Shown one piece after another: positions 22,359-31,900 of a stretch of DNA of 64,000 nt. This DNA comes from Deltaproteobacteria bacterium (GTDB taxonomy: Bacteria; Myxococcota; JACRCW01): NCBI GenBank assembly GCA_016218805.1, contig JACRCW010000064.1:1-64000 (forward strand). The letters are read 5' to 3'. The stretch's first letter is position 1; every line of letters begins with the position of its first letter. The notes beneath the pieces were generated by a model that had not been told where the DNA came from, did not search any database, and saw only the letters and a program-made list of their open reading frames with translations. The position numbers were made by a program, and so were the translations under genes.

Positions 22359-23618
22359 ATGCTCCCCCGGCCCATCCAGTCCGTACTGGCCACCCTGGTG
22401 GCGCTGCTGGCCCTGCCCATCCTGCTGTGGCGCCGCAAGACCCGCCGCGGCCTGGCGCAGCGGCTGGGGCACCTGCCGCCGCCACCCGCGCGAGACGGGC
22501 CGCGCCTGTGGATCCACGCCGCCAGCGCGGGGGATGTGAAGAACGCCTGGCCGGTGGTGCGCGCGCTCAAAGAAGCGCGCCCGTCGCTGACCGTGCTGCT
22601 CACGTACGTGACCAACAGCGCGGAGCAGATGGTGGGCACCCTCAGTCCGCCGCCGGACGTGCACGCCTACGCGCCGCTGGATGCGCCCCTGTTTGTGCGG
22701 CGTGCGCTGGATGCCTGGCGCCCCGCCGTGTTGCTGCTGGAGATGACGGAGTTGTGGCCGGCGCTGGTTGCACAGGCGCGCGCGCGCGGCGTGTCCGTAG
22801 CGCTGTGTAACGGGCGGATGAGCCCGCGCAGTGCGGCCCGTTACGCCATGCTGTTCGGCTGGCTGACCAACCCGGTCCCCGCCCTGGCGGTGCTGTGCCT
22901 GCAGACGGACGCGGACCGGACGCGGTACCTCGCGCTGGGCGCCTCCCCCGAACGCGCGTTCGTGACGGGCAACTGCAAGTTTGATGCGGCGGCCCGGACG
23001 CCGTCCCCGGAGAAGGTGGCGGCGCTGCGCGGCGTCGTCGGGGAGCGCGGGCCGCTGTTGTGCGCGGGCTCCACGCATGCCGGTGAGGAGGACGTGGTGG
23101 TTGGCGCGTTGGCGGCGGCGCGGGGGGTGGTGCCGGGCTGCCGGCTGTTGTGGGCGCCGCGTTACCTGGAGCACGTGGATGGGCTGATGGCGCTGTGCCT
23201 GTCCAGGGGCTGGCGCGTGGCCCGGCGCAGCGCAGGCGCGGTGACCTGCGCCGCCGCGGACGTTGTCATCCTGGACACCATGGGCGAACTGGCGGCGGCG
23301 TACGCGCTGGCACAGGTGGCGCTGGTGGGCGGTTCATGGGTGCCGCGCGGCGGGCAGAACATCCTGGAACCCGCGGCGCAGGGCGTGCCGGTGCTGCACG
23401 GCCCGCACATGTTCCTGGCGCCGGACCAGGTGGAGGTGCTGGACGGACACGGCGCCCGCCTGGTCAACCGCGGCGAACTGCCCGCGGCGGTGGTCCACTG
23501 GTTCACCCATGACAACGACGCCCGCCGCGAAGGCGAGGCCGGCCGGGCCGCGGTGTCTGCGGTGGCCGGCGCGGCCGCGCGTCACACGGAGCACCTGCTC
23601 CCCCTGCTGCCGTCCTGA
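22359..23618 (+). CDS. waaA: 3-deoxy-D-manno-octulosonic acid (Kdo) transferase
   Basis: WIHAASAGD, APLD, ELWP, NGRMS, TGNCKFD, GSTHAGEE, LDTMGEL, GGQNILEPA. Confidence 0.92.
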   Translation: MLPRPIQSVLATLVALLALPILLWRRKTRRGLAQRLGHLPPPPARDGPRLWIHAASAGDVKNAWPVVRALKEARPSLTVLLTYVTNSAEQMVGTLSPPPDVHAYAPLDAPLFVRRALDAWRPAVLLLEMTELWPALVAQARARGVSVALCNGRMSPRSAARYAMLFGWLTNPVPALAVLCLQTDADRTRYLALGASPERAFVTGNCKFDAAARTPSPEKVAALRGVVGERGPLLCAGSTHAGEEDVVVGALAAARGVVPGCRLLWAPRYLEHVDGLMALCLSRGWRVARRSAGAVTCAAADVVILDTMGELAAAYALAQVALVGGSWVPRGGQNILEPAAQGVPVLHGPHMFLAPDQVEVLDGHGARLVNRGELPAAVVHWFTHDNDARREGEAGRAAVSAVAGAAARHTEHLLPLLPS

Positions 23619-23658
23619 AACTTGCGTCCGCTGCGCGCGGCGTGGTGACCTGCCGCGC

Positions 23659-24066
23659 ATGCCCCGGACGCACATCCTCCCCGTCAGTGTCTACTACGAG
23701 GACACCGATTTCTCGGGCGTGGTCTACTACGCCAAGTACCTGCGTTACTTTGAAGCGGCGCGCGACGAGTTCTTTGGGATGGAAGAGCTGGTGCGCACGT
23801 ACAAGGAGACCGGCATTGGTTTTGCCGTCTACAAGGTGGAGGTCACCTACCGGGAGGGCGCCAGGTTTGGCGACCGCCTGGAGGTCCGCACGACGGTGAA
23901 CCCGGAGAGCGACTACCGGATCCTGTGCGACCAGCAGGTGTGGCGCGTGGGTGGGACGCAACCGCTGGTGAAGGGGCTGGTGCACATGGTCTGCCTGGAC
24001 GCCAACCAGAAACTGGTGGCGCTGCCCCCGTGGGTGCTGCAACACGTGCAACTGCGCAATGCCTGA
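23659..24066 (+). CDS. YbgC/FadM-family acyl-CoA thioesterase
   Basis: VYYEDTDFSGVVYYAKYLRYFEAAR hotdog-fold motif. Confidence 0.9.
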   Translation: MPRTHILPVSVYYEDTDFSGVVYYAKYLRYFEAARDEFFGMEELVRTYKETGIGFAVYKVEVTYREGARFGDRLEVRTTVNPESDYRILCDQQVWRVGGTQPLVKGLVHMVCLDANQKLVALPPWVLQHVQLRNA

Positions 24067-24139
24067 ACGGGGGGGCTGGGCGCGGCGCGTCATAGCCGCG
24101 GCGGGCGCGCCCGGGACGCTCTGCTAGCATGCCAGCCGC

Positions 24140-25207
24140 ATGAAAGCGGTGACGGTGGCGCTGGACGCAATGGGTGGGGACAACGCTCCCCACGAGACGG
24201 TGGCGGGGGCCGCGGCGGCGACGCTGGACCCCCACGAGACGCGCGTGATTCTCGTCGGAGACACGCCGCGCCTGCAGGCGGAGCTGGCCAAGCACGCGCA
24301 CAATTCCGCGCGCATCCTGTTTGAGCACGCGCCGCGTTTCATCCCCATGGACGCCAAGCCGCGCGAAGCGCTGGACGCCGTCCCGGACGCGTCGGTGGCG
24401 GTCGCCGCGCGCCTGGTGCGCGAAGGCAAGGCGCAGGCGCTGGTGAGCGCGGGGAACACGGGCGGGGTGATCCTGGCGTGTTCGCGGCACTGGGCCCGGC
24501 TGGAGGGCGTGCGCCGCTGCGCGCTGGCGGCGGTGGTTCCCACGGAGCGGCGCCGTGGTGAGAAGCAGGACCCGTTCTCGTTGATGCTGGACGTGGGGGC
24601 GACGCTGGATGCCTCGGCGCAGGACCTGCTGGCGTTTGCGGTGATGGGCGCGGCTTATGCGGCGCGCATTTCACGCAATCCGGCGCCGCTGGTGGCGCTG
24701 CTGTCCAACGGTGGCGAGCCCACCAAGGGGCGCGCGGAGATTGTCAGCGCGCACCAGATGCTGAAGATGCACCCGGCGCTCAAGTTCATTGGCAACGTGG
24801 AGGGGGTGGACCTGCCGCGCGGGACGGCGGACGTGGTGGTCACCGACGGGTTCACGGGCAACGTGGTGTTGAAGATGCTGGAAGGGGTGAGCGAGACCGT
24901 GATGGAAGTGGCCCGGTACGCGTACCGCAAGAACGTGTTCTGGCGCCTGGGGCTGCTGCTGCTGGGCAGCGGCATCAAACAGCTGCGGCAGCTCACGGAC
25001 TGGCAGGAGTACGGGGGCGCGCCCATCCTGGGTTTTGACGGCGTGTGCATCAAGGCGCACGGCCGCTCCGGCCAGCGGGCCATTGCCAACGCCATCCGCG
25101 TGGCCGCCAAGGCGGTGAGCACCGACCTGGTGGCGTCCATGAAAGAGGGCCTGGCCAAGGCGCGTGATCTCGACATTGCGCAGAACGTGCCCGCGGGCGA
25201 GGCCTGA
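24140..25207 (+). CDS. plsX: Phosphate acyltransferase PlsX
   Basis: ALDAMGGD, VSAGNTG, FIGNVEG, DVVVTDGFTGNVVLK, YGGAPILG, KAHGRS. Confidence 0.95.
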   Translation: MKAVTVALDAMGGDNAPHETVAGAAAATLDPHETRVILVGDTPRLQAELAKHAHNSARILFEHAPRFIPMDAKPREALDAVPDASVAVAARLVREGKAQALVSAGNTGGVILACSRHWARLEGVRRCALAAVVPTERRRGEKQDPFSLMLDVGATLDASAQDLLAFAVMGAAYAARISRNPAPLVALLSNGGEPTKGRAEIVSAHQMLKMHPALKFIGNVEGVDLPRGTADVVVTDGFTGNVVLKMLEGVSETVMEVARYAYRKNVFWRLGLLLLGSGIKQLRQLTDWQEYGGAPILGFDGVCIKAHGRSGQRAIANAIRVAAKAVSTDLVASMKEGLAKARDLDIAQNVPAGEA

Positions 25208-25759
25208 TCAGCCACCGGGGAACCGCAGGAACCGCGCCGGCACCTCCTCCACCAGCCACACGCCGTTGGTGGCACGGAAGAACACCCGGCCTTCCGTGCA
25301 CATGGCGGCCGCGTCCACCACGACGACGATGGCGGCGCCCCGGCGCGCACCGACGCGGCGCGCGGTGGCTTCGTCCGCGGACAGGTGCACGTGGTGCCGC
25401 GCCATCCGGCGCAGCCCCTCCGCGCGGATCGCGTCCAGGACGCGCGCCGTGGTGCCGTGGAACAGCGCGTCCGGAGGAATGGCGGCCTCCAACTGGAGGT
25501 CCACCGGCACGGAGTGACCCTGGTTGGCGCGGATGCGGCGCGTGGCGTCGTCCAGGGAGAAACGCTGTTTGTCGCTTGTACGCACCACCTCGCGCACGTC
25601 CTCCTCAGTGAGAGGGAATCCGCGCGCCGCCGCGCCCTCCATGAGGGCGTCCAGGTCCACCCAGCCACCGTCCTCCAGCGCAAGCCCCAGATCCTGCGGC
25701 GCATGGCGCAGGTGCAGGCTCAGGAACTTGGACACGGTCACGCGGCGGGCGGCATCCAT
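25208..25759 (-). CDS. kptA: RNA 2'-phosphotransferase (Tpt1/KptA)
   Basis: SKFLSLHLRH, DKQRF, IRANQGHS, HGT, RHHVHLS, NGVWL. Confidence 0.93.
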   Translation of the reverse strand: MDAARRVTVSKFLSLHLRHAPQDLGLALEDGGWVDLDALMEGAAARGFPLTEEDVREVVRTSDKQRFSLDDATRRIRANQGHSVPVDLQLEAAIPPDALFHGTTARVLDAIRAEGLRRMARHHVHLSADEATARRVGARRGAAIVVVVDAAAMCTEGRVFFRATNGVWLVEEVPARFLRFPGG

Positions 25760-26673
25760 CAGCGGCGTGACCGTTTCTGCCGCACGCCCGGCGGCGCCGC
25801 CGGGCCGGGGGTGGAAGGTGCCTTGCGCCAGTCCACTATCGACGAGCGCCGTGTCTCCGGCTGACACTGCGGGCAGAAGAACGTGTCATGTCCGTGCACG
25901 CCGGCGCACCGCAGCGTGGTGCCACAGCGGGGGCAGGGCTCGCCGTGGCGGTTGCGGACCTTGAGGAAGTCGCGGACCTTCTCGTCCAGCGGGGCCTGGC
26001 GCCGGGCCACCTCGTCACGCGCGTCGGACAGCACGTGGACAATGGAACCGTGCAGCGCGTCCAGTTCGTCGTCGGACAGGGCGCGGGCCATGGTCTTGGG
26101 GTGGATGCGGGCGTGCCAGAGCACCTCGTCCGCGTAAGCATTCCCAAGCGAATCCAGCGCGGACTTGTCCATGATGAACACGCGCACCTGGTCGCGCCGC
26201 GTGCGCGCCAGGGTCCGGAACGCCTCCCGCGTGAAACGCTGCGCGTCCAGGACGTCCACCCCCACGTGCTGCAGCCCCGGGACCTGGTCCCACCGGCCGC
26301 GGGGCAGCAGGTAGACCTTGCCCATCTGTTCGCTGTCCCGGTAGCGCAGCTCGCGCCCGTCAGAGAGCGTCCACGCCACCGCCAAGTCCCCCGGCGAACG
26401 CTCCCCGGCATCATCCACGGTGAAGCGGCCCGCCAGCATGGGCGCCACCACCATCTCCACGTCCGGTGCCCCGCCCGCCAGCGCAAACAGGACGAAATGC
26501 GCCCGCCGGGAAACTGCGCCAAAACGCCGCCCGGTCCACAATTCCTCGGGTTTGCCCTCCACGGCCAGGCGCAGCACCACCGGCTTGCGCACGCGCGTGG
26601 CCGTGATCACGGCGCCGGCAAGCGCGTCGGCCAGGCGCGGCACCACGTATTCCAGGTCCGGACGCTCCGGCAT
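25759..26673 (-). CDS. Fpg/Nei-family DNA glycosylase/AP lyase
   Basis: N-terminal MPE, H2TH motif LGNAYADEVL, zinc finger CPRC...CPQCQ. Confidence 0.9.
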   Translation of the reverse strand: MPERPDLEYVVPRLADALAGAVITATRVRKPVVLRLAVEGKPEELWTGRRFGAVSRRAHFVLFALAGGAPDVEMVVAPMLAGRFTVDDAGERSPGDLAVAWTLSDGRELRYRDSEQMGKVYLLPRGRWDQVPGLQHVGVDVLDAQRFTREAFRTLARTRRDQVRVFIMDKSALDSLGNAYADEVLWHARIHPKTMARALSDDELDALHGSIVHVLSDARDEVARRQAPLDEKVRDFLKVRNRHGEPCPRCGTTLRCAGVHGHDTFFCPQCQPETRRSSIVDWRKAPSTPGPAAPPGVRQKRSRR

Positions 26674-26676
26674 GGC

Positions 26677-27144
26677 TCAACCTCCCGCGGGGCGCAGCAA
26701 CGCCTCCACGCGCAAGGACGGGCGCAGGCAGCCGCCCGCCCGCGTGGCGGAAGTGACCCGCGCGGAGCGCGCCGCCGCCAGGACCGCCGTCGCCTCGTCA
26801 TCCGCACCGTCTGCCGGCACGCGCACGCGTTCCCCCGCGCGCGCCGCGGTCACGCACGCCACCACCGCACGGTCTGAGGCCAGCGCGCGCCCCGCCGCGT
26901 CCAGCAGCACCAGCCCCAGGTGGACTCCCTCCGGCGCGTCAACCGGGGAGGTCAACCACAAGCCCGCCACCGCGCCCGCGTCCGTCAGGTCCAGCTCCAC
27001 CTCCGGTGCATACCCGCCATCACGCGTGGTCACCGCGGCCTGCTCCAGCAGCGCCGCCGGAGGCCGCTCCTTCTCCTTGCGCGCGCACGCGAGCGACCAC
27101 GCAACAACCACCGCCAGGAGCACCGTGCAGACCCGCATGCTCAT
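26677..27144 (-). CDS. Hypothetical lipoprotein
   Basis: SLAC lipobox. Tightly packed between its neighbours in the same orientation. Confidence 0.55.
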   Translation of the reverse strand: MSMRVCTVLLAVVVAWSLACARKEKERPPAALLEQAAVTTRDGGYAPEVELDLTDAGAVAGLWLTSPVDAPEGVHLGLVLLDAAGRALASDRAVVACVTAARAGERVRVPADGADDEATAVLAAARSARVTSATRAGGCLRPSLRVEALLRPAGG

Positions 27145-27923
27145 TCTCCCCGGTAGACGGGCGGGCGCTTCTCATTGAAGGCGCGCAATCCCTCAACGCG
27201 GTCCTTGGTGTGCAGGACCTGTTCATAACACTTCCATTCCACCGCCAGCCCCGCGTCAATGGGCATGCCGTACCCCATGTCCATGGCGTACTTGGCCTGC
27301 TGCACCGCAATGGGGCCGTTCTTCGCAATCGCCGCGGCCATCTGGTGCGCCGCGTCCATCAACTGCTCGCGCGGCACCACGCGGTTGACAATGCCCCAGG
27401 CCAGCGCTTCATCCGCCGTGAGGTGGCGCGCCGTGTAGATGAGCTCCTTGGCGCGGGCCAGGCCCACCACGCGCGGCAGCCGCTGGGTGCCACCGGCGCC
27501 GGGGATGATGGCCAGGCTGGTCTCCGTCAGGCCCATGACCGCCCCCTGCGCCGCAATGCGGATGTCACACGCCAGCGCCATCTCCATGCCGCCACCAAAC
27601 GCCACGCCGTTCAGCGCCGCAATCACCGGGCAACCCACGCGCTCCACGTCCGTGATGGTGCCGCGGATGAGCGGCACAAACGCGCGCACATCCGCGTCCG
27701 TCATGTTGAGCCGCTCGCGGAGGTCTGCGCCCGCGCAGAACGCCTTGTCCCCGGCGCCCGTCAGGATGACCGCCCGCAGGTCACGGCGGGGAGCCAGCGT
27801 CACCAGGATCCGGTGCAACTCCTCCAGCAGCGGGCGGTTGAGCGCGTTGCGCGCCTCCGCGCGGTTCAGCGTGAGCGTGACGATGTTGTCCTTCTCCACC
27901 TGCAACACCAGTGCTTCGGCCAT
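27141..27923 (-). CDS. Enoyl-CoA hydratase/crotonase-family protein
   Basis: LNRAEARNAL, AFCAGADL, AFGGGMEMALACD, PGAGGTQRLPR. Confidence 0.95.
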   Translation of the reverse strand: MAEALVLQVEKDNIVTLTLNRAEARNALNRPLLEELHRILVTLAPRRDLRAVILTGAGDKAFCAGADLRERLNMTDADVRAFVPLIRGTITDVERVGCPVIAALNGVAFGGGMEMALACDIRIAAQGAVMGLTETSLAIIPGAGGTQRLPRVVGLARAKELIYTARHLTADEALAWGIVNRVVPREQLMDAAHQMAAAIAKNGPIAVQQAKYAMDMGYGMPIDAGLAVEWKCYEQVLHTKDRVEGLRAFNEKRPPVYRGE

Positions 27924-28003
27924 GGGCGCCTCCGGACGACGGACGGCGCCTCATCCCGCCGCACGGTCCGCCGCGCAAGTCCACTTCCCGCCGCAACACA
28001 CGC

Positions 28004-28906
28004 GTGCCACGCTGCGTGGCTGTGCGTTGCGCCGCCTTGTGGCTCCCCCTGTTGCTGGCCGGCGGCCCGGCCACCGCGTGGGAGCGCCTGGCCCATGAAG
28101 CGGTGACCCGTACCGCGCTGCGCGCTCTGCCGCCGTCCTCGCGCGCGGTGCTGGGGCCGTGGGAGGAGGAGCTGGCGCGGCGGTGCATGGAGCCGGATGA
28201 TGAGGCCGGCACCATCCCCGGCGAGCGCGAGCGGCACTTCCTGGACCTGGAGGCGTTTGGCTTCCCCGAGCCCGACCTCACCAAGGTGCCCGGCCCGTTG
28301 ACCCTGACGCCCGACGCGGCCCGTGCGCTGTTGCAGCAGGCGCTGGATCCCGGTTTTCCGCGGGACCGCGCGCGCACCGGCGTCCTGCCGGAGGCGGCGC
28401 GCTCCCAGCAGCGCGCGCTGTCCGCCGCCCTGCGCGCGGGTGACGACGCTGCGGCGCGCCGCCACGCGGTGTTCCTCATCCATTACGTGGCGGACGCGCA
28501 CCAGCCGCTGCACGCCACCACCCGCTACAACGGCATTGACGCGTTCCAGCGCGGGGTCCACGGCGCGTTTGAAGGGGACCTGGTGGCCCGCTGCCCGGGC
28601 GCGCGCCCGCGGTACGCCGCCGCGGTGCCCGCCGCGGAGGCTGAGGGTGCCGCTGTGGTCCTGACCGCGTTGCTGGAGGGGCACCCGCTGGCCACCACCG
28701 TGCTGGCGGCGGACCTGGGCTGCCCGTGGACGGGGAAGCCGCCGCGGCCGCGCTGCCGCGCCGTGCCGCGCGCGCGCGCCAACGCGGGCGTGCTGGCGTG
28801 CACGCACCTGGAGGTGATCGCTCGGGAGCGGCTGGAACGGGCGGCGGGGCGCGCGGCGCGCCTCCTCCACGCGGCCTGGGAGGAGGCGCGGGCGCCCGCG
28901 CGGTGA
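28004..28906 (+). CDS. Secreted S1/P1 nuclease or Zn-dependent phospholipase C-like protein
   Basis: Signal peptide then mature N-terminus WxxxxH (AWERLAH), PD, HFLD, HYVADAHQPLH, HGAFE. Confidence 0.8.
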   Translation: MPRCVAVRCAALWLPLLLAGGPATAWERLAHEAVTRTALRALPPSSRAVLGPWEEELARRCMEPDDEAGTIPGERERHFLDLEAFGFPEPDLTKVPGPLTLTPDAARALLQQALDPGFPRDRARTGVLPEAARSQQRALSAALRAGDDAAARRHAVFLIHYVADAHQPLHATTRYNGIDAFQRGVHGAFEGDLVARCPGARPRYAAAVPAAEAEGAAVVLTALLEGHPLATTVLAADLGCPWTGKPPRPRCRAVPRARANAGVLACTHLEVIARERLERAAGRAARLLHAAWEEARAPAR

Positions 28907-28913
28907 TGGCCCG

Positions 28914-31900
28914 TCAGGGCGTGTTGGTGGCGCCCGGCGTGGGGGCGCAGTCCTGCCAGTCCGTCGTCTGGTCATCCGTGTCCAGCCCGTTGGGGAAGCG
29001 GCAGATGCTGCCGGAACCTGAGCCGGTGTCCGCCAGGGCGGCGTACGCGCCTTCCAGCACGGGGAACGCGGCCCCGGACACCGTCACCGCGGCCACGGAA
29101 CCCTCATACGAGACAGAATCCACGCGCCGCGCGTCCCCGGTGGCCGCGGGGTTGAACAGCATCACGCCGTCCGGTGCGCCGTTCTGGACAAACCCCGTGG
29201 CCGCCACCACGCACTGGAAGGTGACCAGCGGATCCACCGGGATGGTCACGCCCGGCGTGGTGCCCGTGCACTGCGCCACCAGGTGGTACCCGCCCGGCGG
29301 CACCGTCAGCGCCGTGAGGTTGATGGTCTGCGCCACGCTGGCGTTGGACCCGTTGATGATGAGCAACTGCATCCCCGTGGTGTCCACGCCCACGGTGCCC
29401 GGGTTGTACAACTCCACAAACTCCGCGGTGTCCGTGCTGGCCTGGTCATAGTCCAGCTCATTGATGATGAGCTTGGGGGGCTCCACCACCACCGTGATGT
29501 CCGTGGTCACCGTGGCCCCCAGCGTGGCGGAAACGGTGGCCGTCTCCGCGGTGGCACCCGCGGTGAAGGTGGCGGTGGCTGACAGCGTTCCCTCCGCCAC
29601 CACCACGTTGGCTGGCACCGTGGACGCGCCGGTGGTGGACAGCGCCACGGTGGCGCCACCGGTCAGCGCGGGGAAGTCCAGCGTGACGGTGAGTTGCGTG
29701 GTCCCGCCGGCGGGGACGCGGGGCACGGGGGCCGTGATGGCGGCCACCACCGGGGTCTCGGTGGTGCCCAGCACGCGGACGGGGGAGGAGAGGGTGGCCC
29801 CGTCATACGTGGCGCTCACGTGGACCAGCGCCGCCTGGGACACGCCCGTCACGTCAAACGTGGCGCTGGTGGCCGGCGGGCTGATGGTCACATTGGCGGG
29901 AACGGTGGCGGCCGCGTCGTCACTGGCCAGGCCAATGACCGCGTCCGCGGCCGGGGCACCGTTGAGGGACACGGTCAGCGTCAGCGTGCCGCCCACGGCC
30001 ACAAACGCCGGGGCGGGCGTGATGGATGCCAGCCCAATGCGCGGAATGACGTCCGTGGCGTCGCGCGGCTCCAGCTTGGAGTTTTCGTTGGCGTAGTGCA
30101 GCACGCCGCGCAGGACCTGGAATTGGTCCGCCGGCGTCAACGTCGCGGGGAACGGCGTCACGCGGTACATGAAGTCGTTGATGCGCAGCCCGCCGGTCAC
30201 CGCAAATTCGTACGTCGGCGCCGTGTCGCGCGGGCCCGCTGCCGGTGCCAGGTCCGTCACCGTCACGTTCTGCACCTCCACCAGCACGCCCTCCAGCTCC
30301 GCGGCGCGTGACCCGCCCGTGGCCACCAGGTCCGGCGTCACCACCACCGGGGAAGGCAGCGTGGCGCCGGACGACGTGACGGTGAAGGTCGGGTAGGAGA
30401 GCTGGCGTTCGCCGGCGCCGGTTCCGTAGACCTGTGCGCTGGCGGTGGAGACGTTGATGCGGTCCCCCACCACCGGCCTGACGCCGGTGGCCGTGGTGAA
30501 CACAAAGATGCCGGAGAACTTCTCCTGCAGCACGGCGTCATACAGCGCATCCCCCGGCACGTGCTGCGCAAAGAAACCCGTGGGCGCCACCGCCGTCACC
30601 AGCATGTCACTGATGGACACCGGCACGCCCACCACGCCCTGCTTCACCGCATAGATGGAGGTGACGCACACCGTGTTGCCCGGGTTGGAAGAAGGGCAGA
30701 TGTCGCAGGCGTCGCCCTTGTCATCGCCGTCGGCGTTCTCCTGCTGCGGGTTGTAGACGGTGGGGCAGTTGTCCTCCGCCGTGACCCTGCCGTCGGCGTC
30801 CGGGTCATCCGGGGAAGGCAGCGAACACCCGCTGACGCCGGTGGTGAGCGGGCAGGCGTCACACGCGTCACCCACCAGGTCACCGTCAAAGTCCGCCTGG
30901 GCGGTGCCGTCCACCGGGCGGATGGGGTTGAAGACGTCGGGGCAGTTGTCCTCAGGCGGGGTGCCGGTGTCCAGCTTGCCGTCACCATCCGCGTCGTTGG
31001 AGGCCTGCGCGGTGAAGGTGAACACGTTGCCGTCCGCCGCCGGGCGGGACGGGATGCACGTGGGCTCGTTGGTGGGCGTGCCGCAGAAGAACGCCGCGTA
31101 GCCGCCCCCCGCCGACACGATGGCCGAGTACGCGGTGCCCGTCTCGCGTGCCGCGCACACGCGCTTGCTCACGGTGCACACGTCCACCGTCTCGCAGCTC
31201 CCGCCGTCAGGCAGCGCGGCCACGGTGGTGGCGTCGCCGTACAGGACCTTGCCCGCACGCAGCACCAGCGCCACATCCGCCGGCTCCGCGGTGACCACCG
31301 CGTGCCAGTTCTGGCGGACGCCCGTGCCCGTGACGTCATCACCGCGGAACACCGCAATGTCCCCCAGCCAGCCGGCAGCCAGGGCGCCCACCTGGCGGTC
31401 AATGCCCAACACGCGCGCGGCACGGATGGTCACCATGTCCACCAGCTGCTTGTCATTGAAGTAGCCGCCCAGGTTGCTGCCGTTGAACTGTGCTGCGCAT
31501 GCCAGTTCGCGCAGCGTGTTGAGGCTGCCTGACCGCGTCCAGTCCGTCCCCAGCGCAATCTCCACGCCCAGCGCGTGCGCCAGGGAGACCTGCGCGGTGT
31601 GGCCGTACAGCGAGATGTTGCTGCGCGGTGACCAGATGAGCCCCACGCCCTTGGCGCCCATCACCCCCAGGTCCGCGGCGTTGAGGCCAATGGCGTGGAT
31701 GAACGCGCTCTTGGGCAACGCCAGGTCGCGCCCGCCGGTGCCGCCCGTCGTGCACACAAACTCATTGCGCGCCTCCGCGTTGATCCCTTCCGCAACGTGG
31801 GGCGTGTAGCCCACGGCGCCCGTCACGTTGGTGGAGGTGGGGCTGTCCCGGAACGCGTAGCCGCAGCCGGAGGTGAACTGCGTGCCGCCGCCGTCACCCA

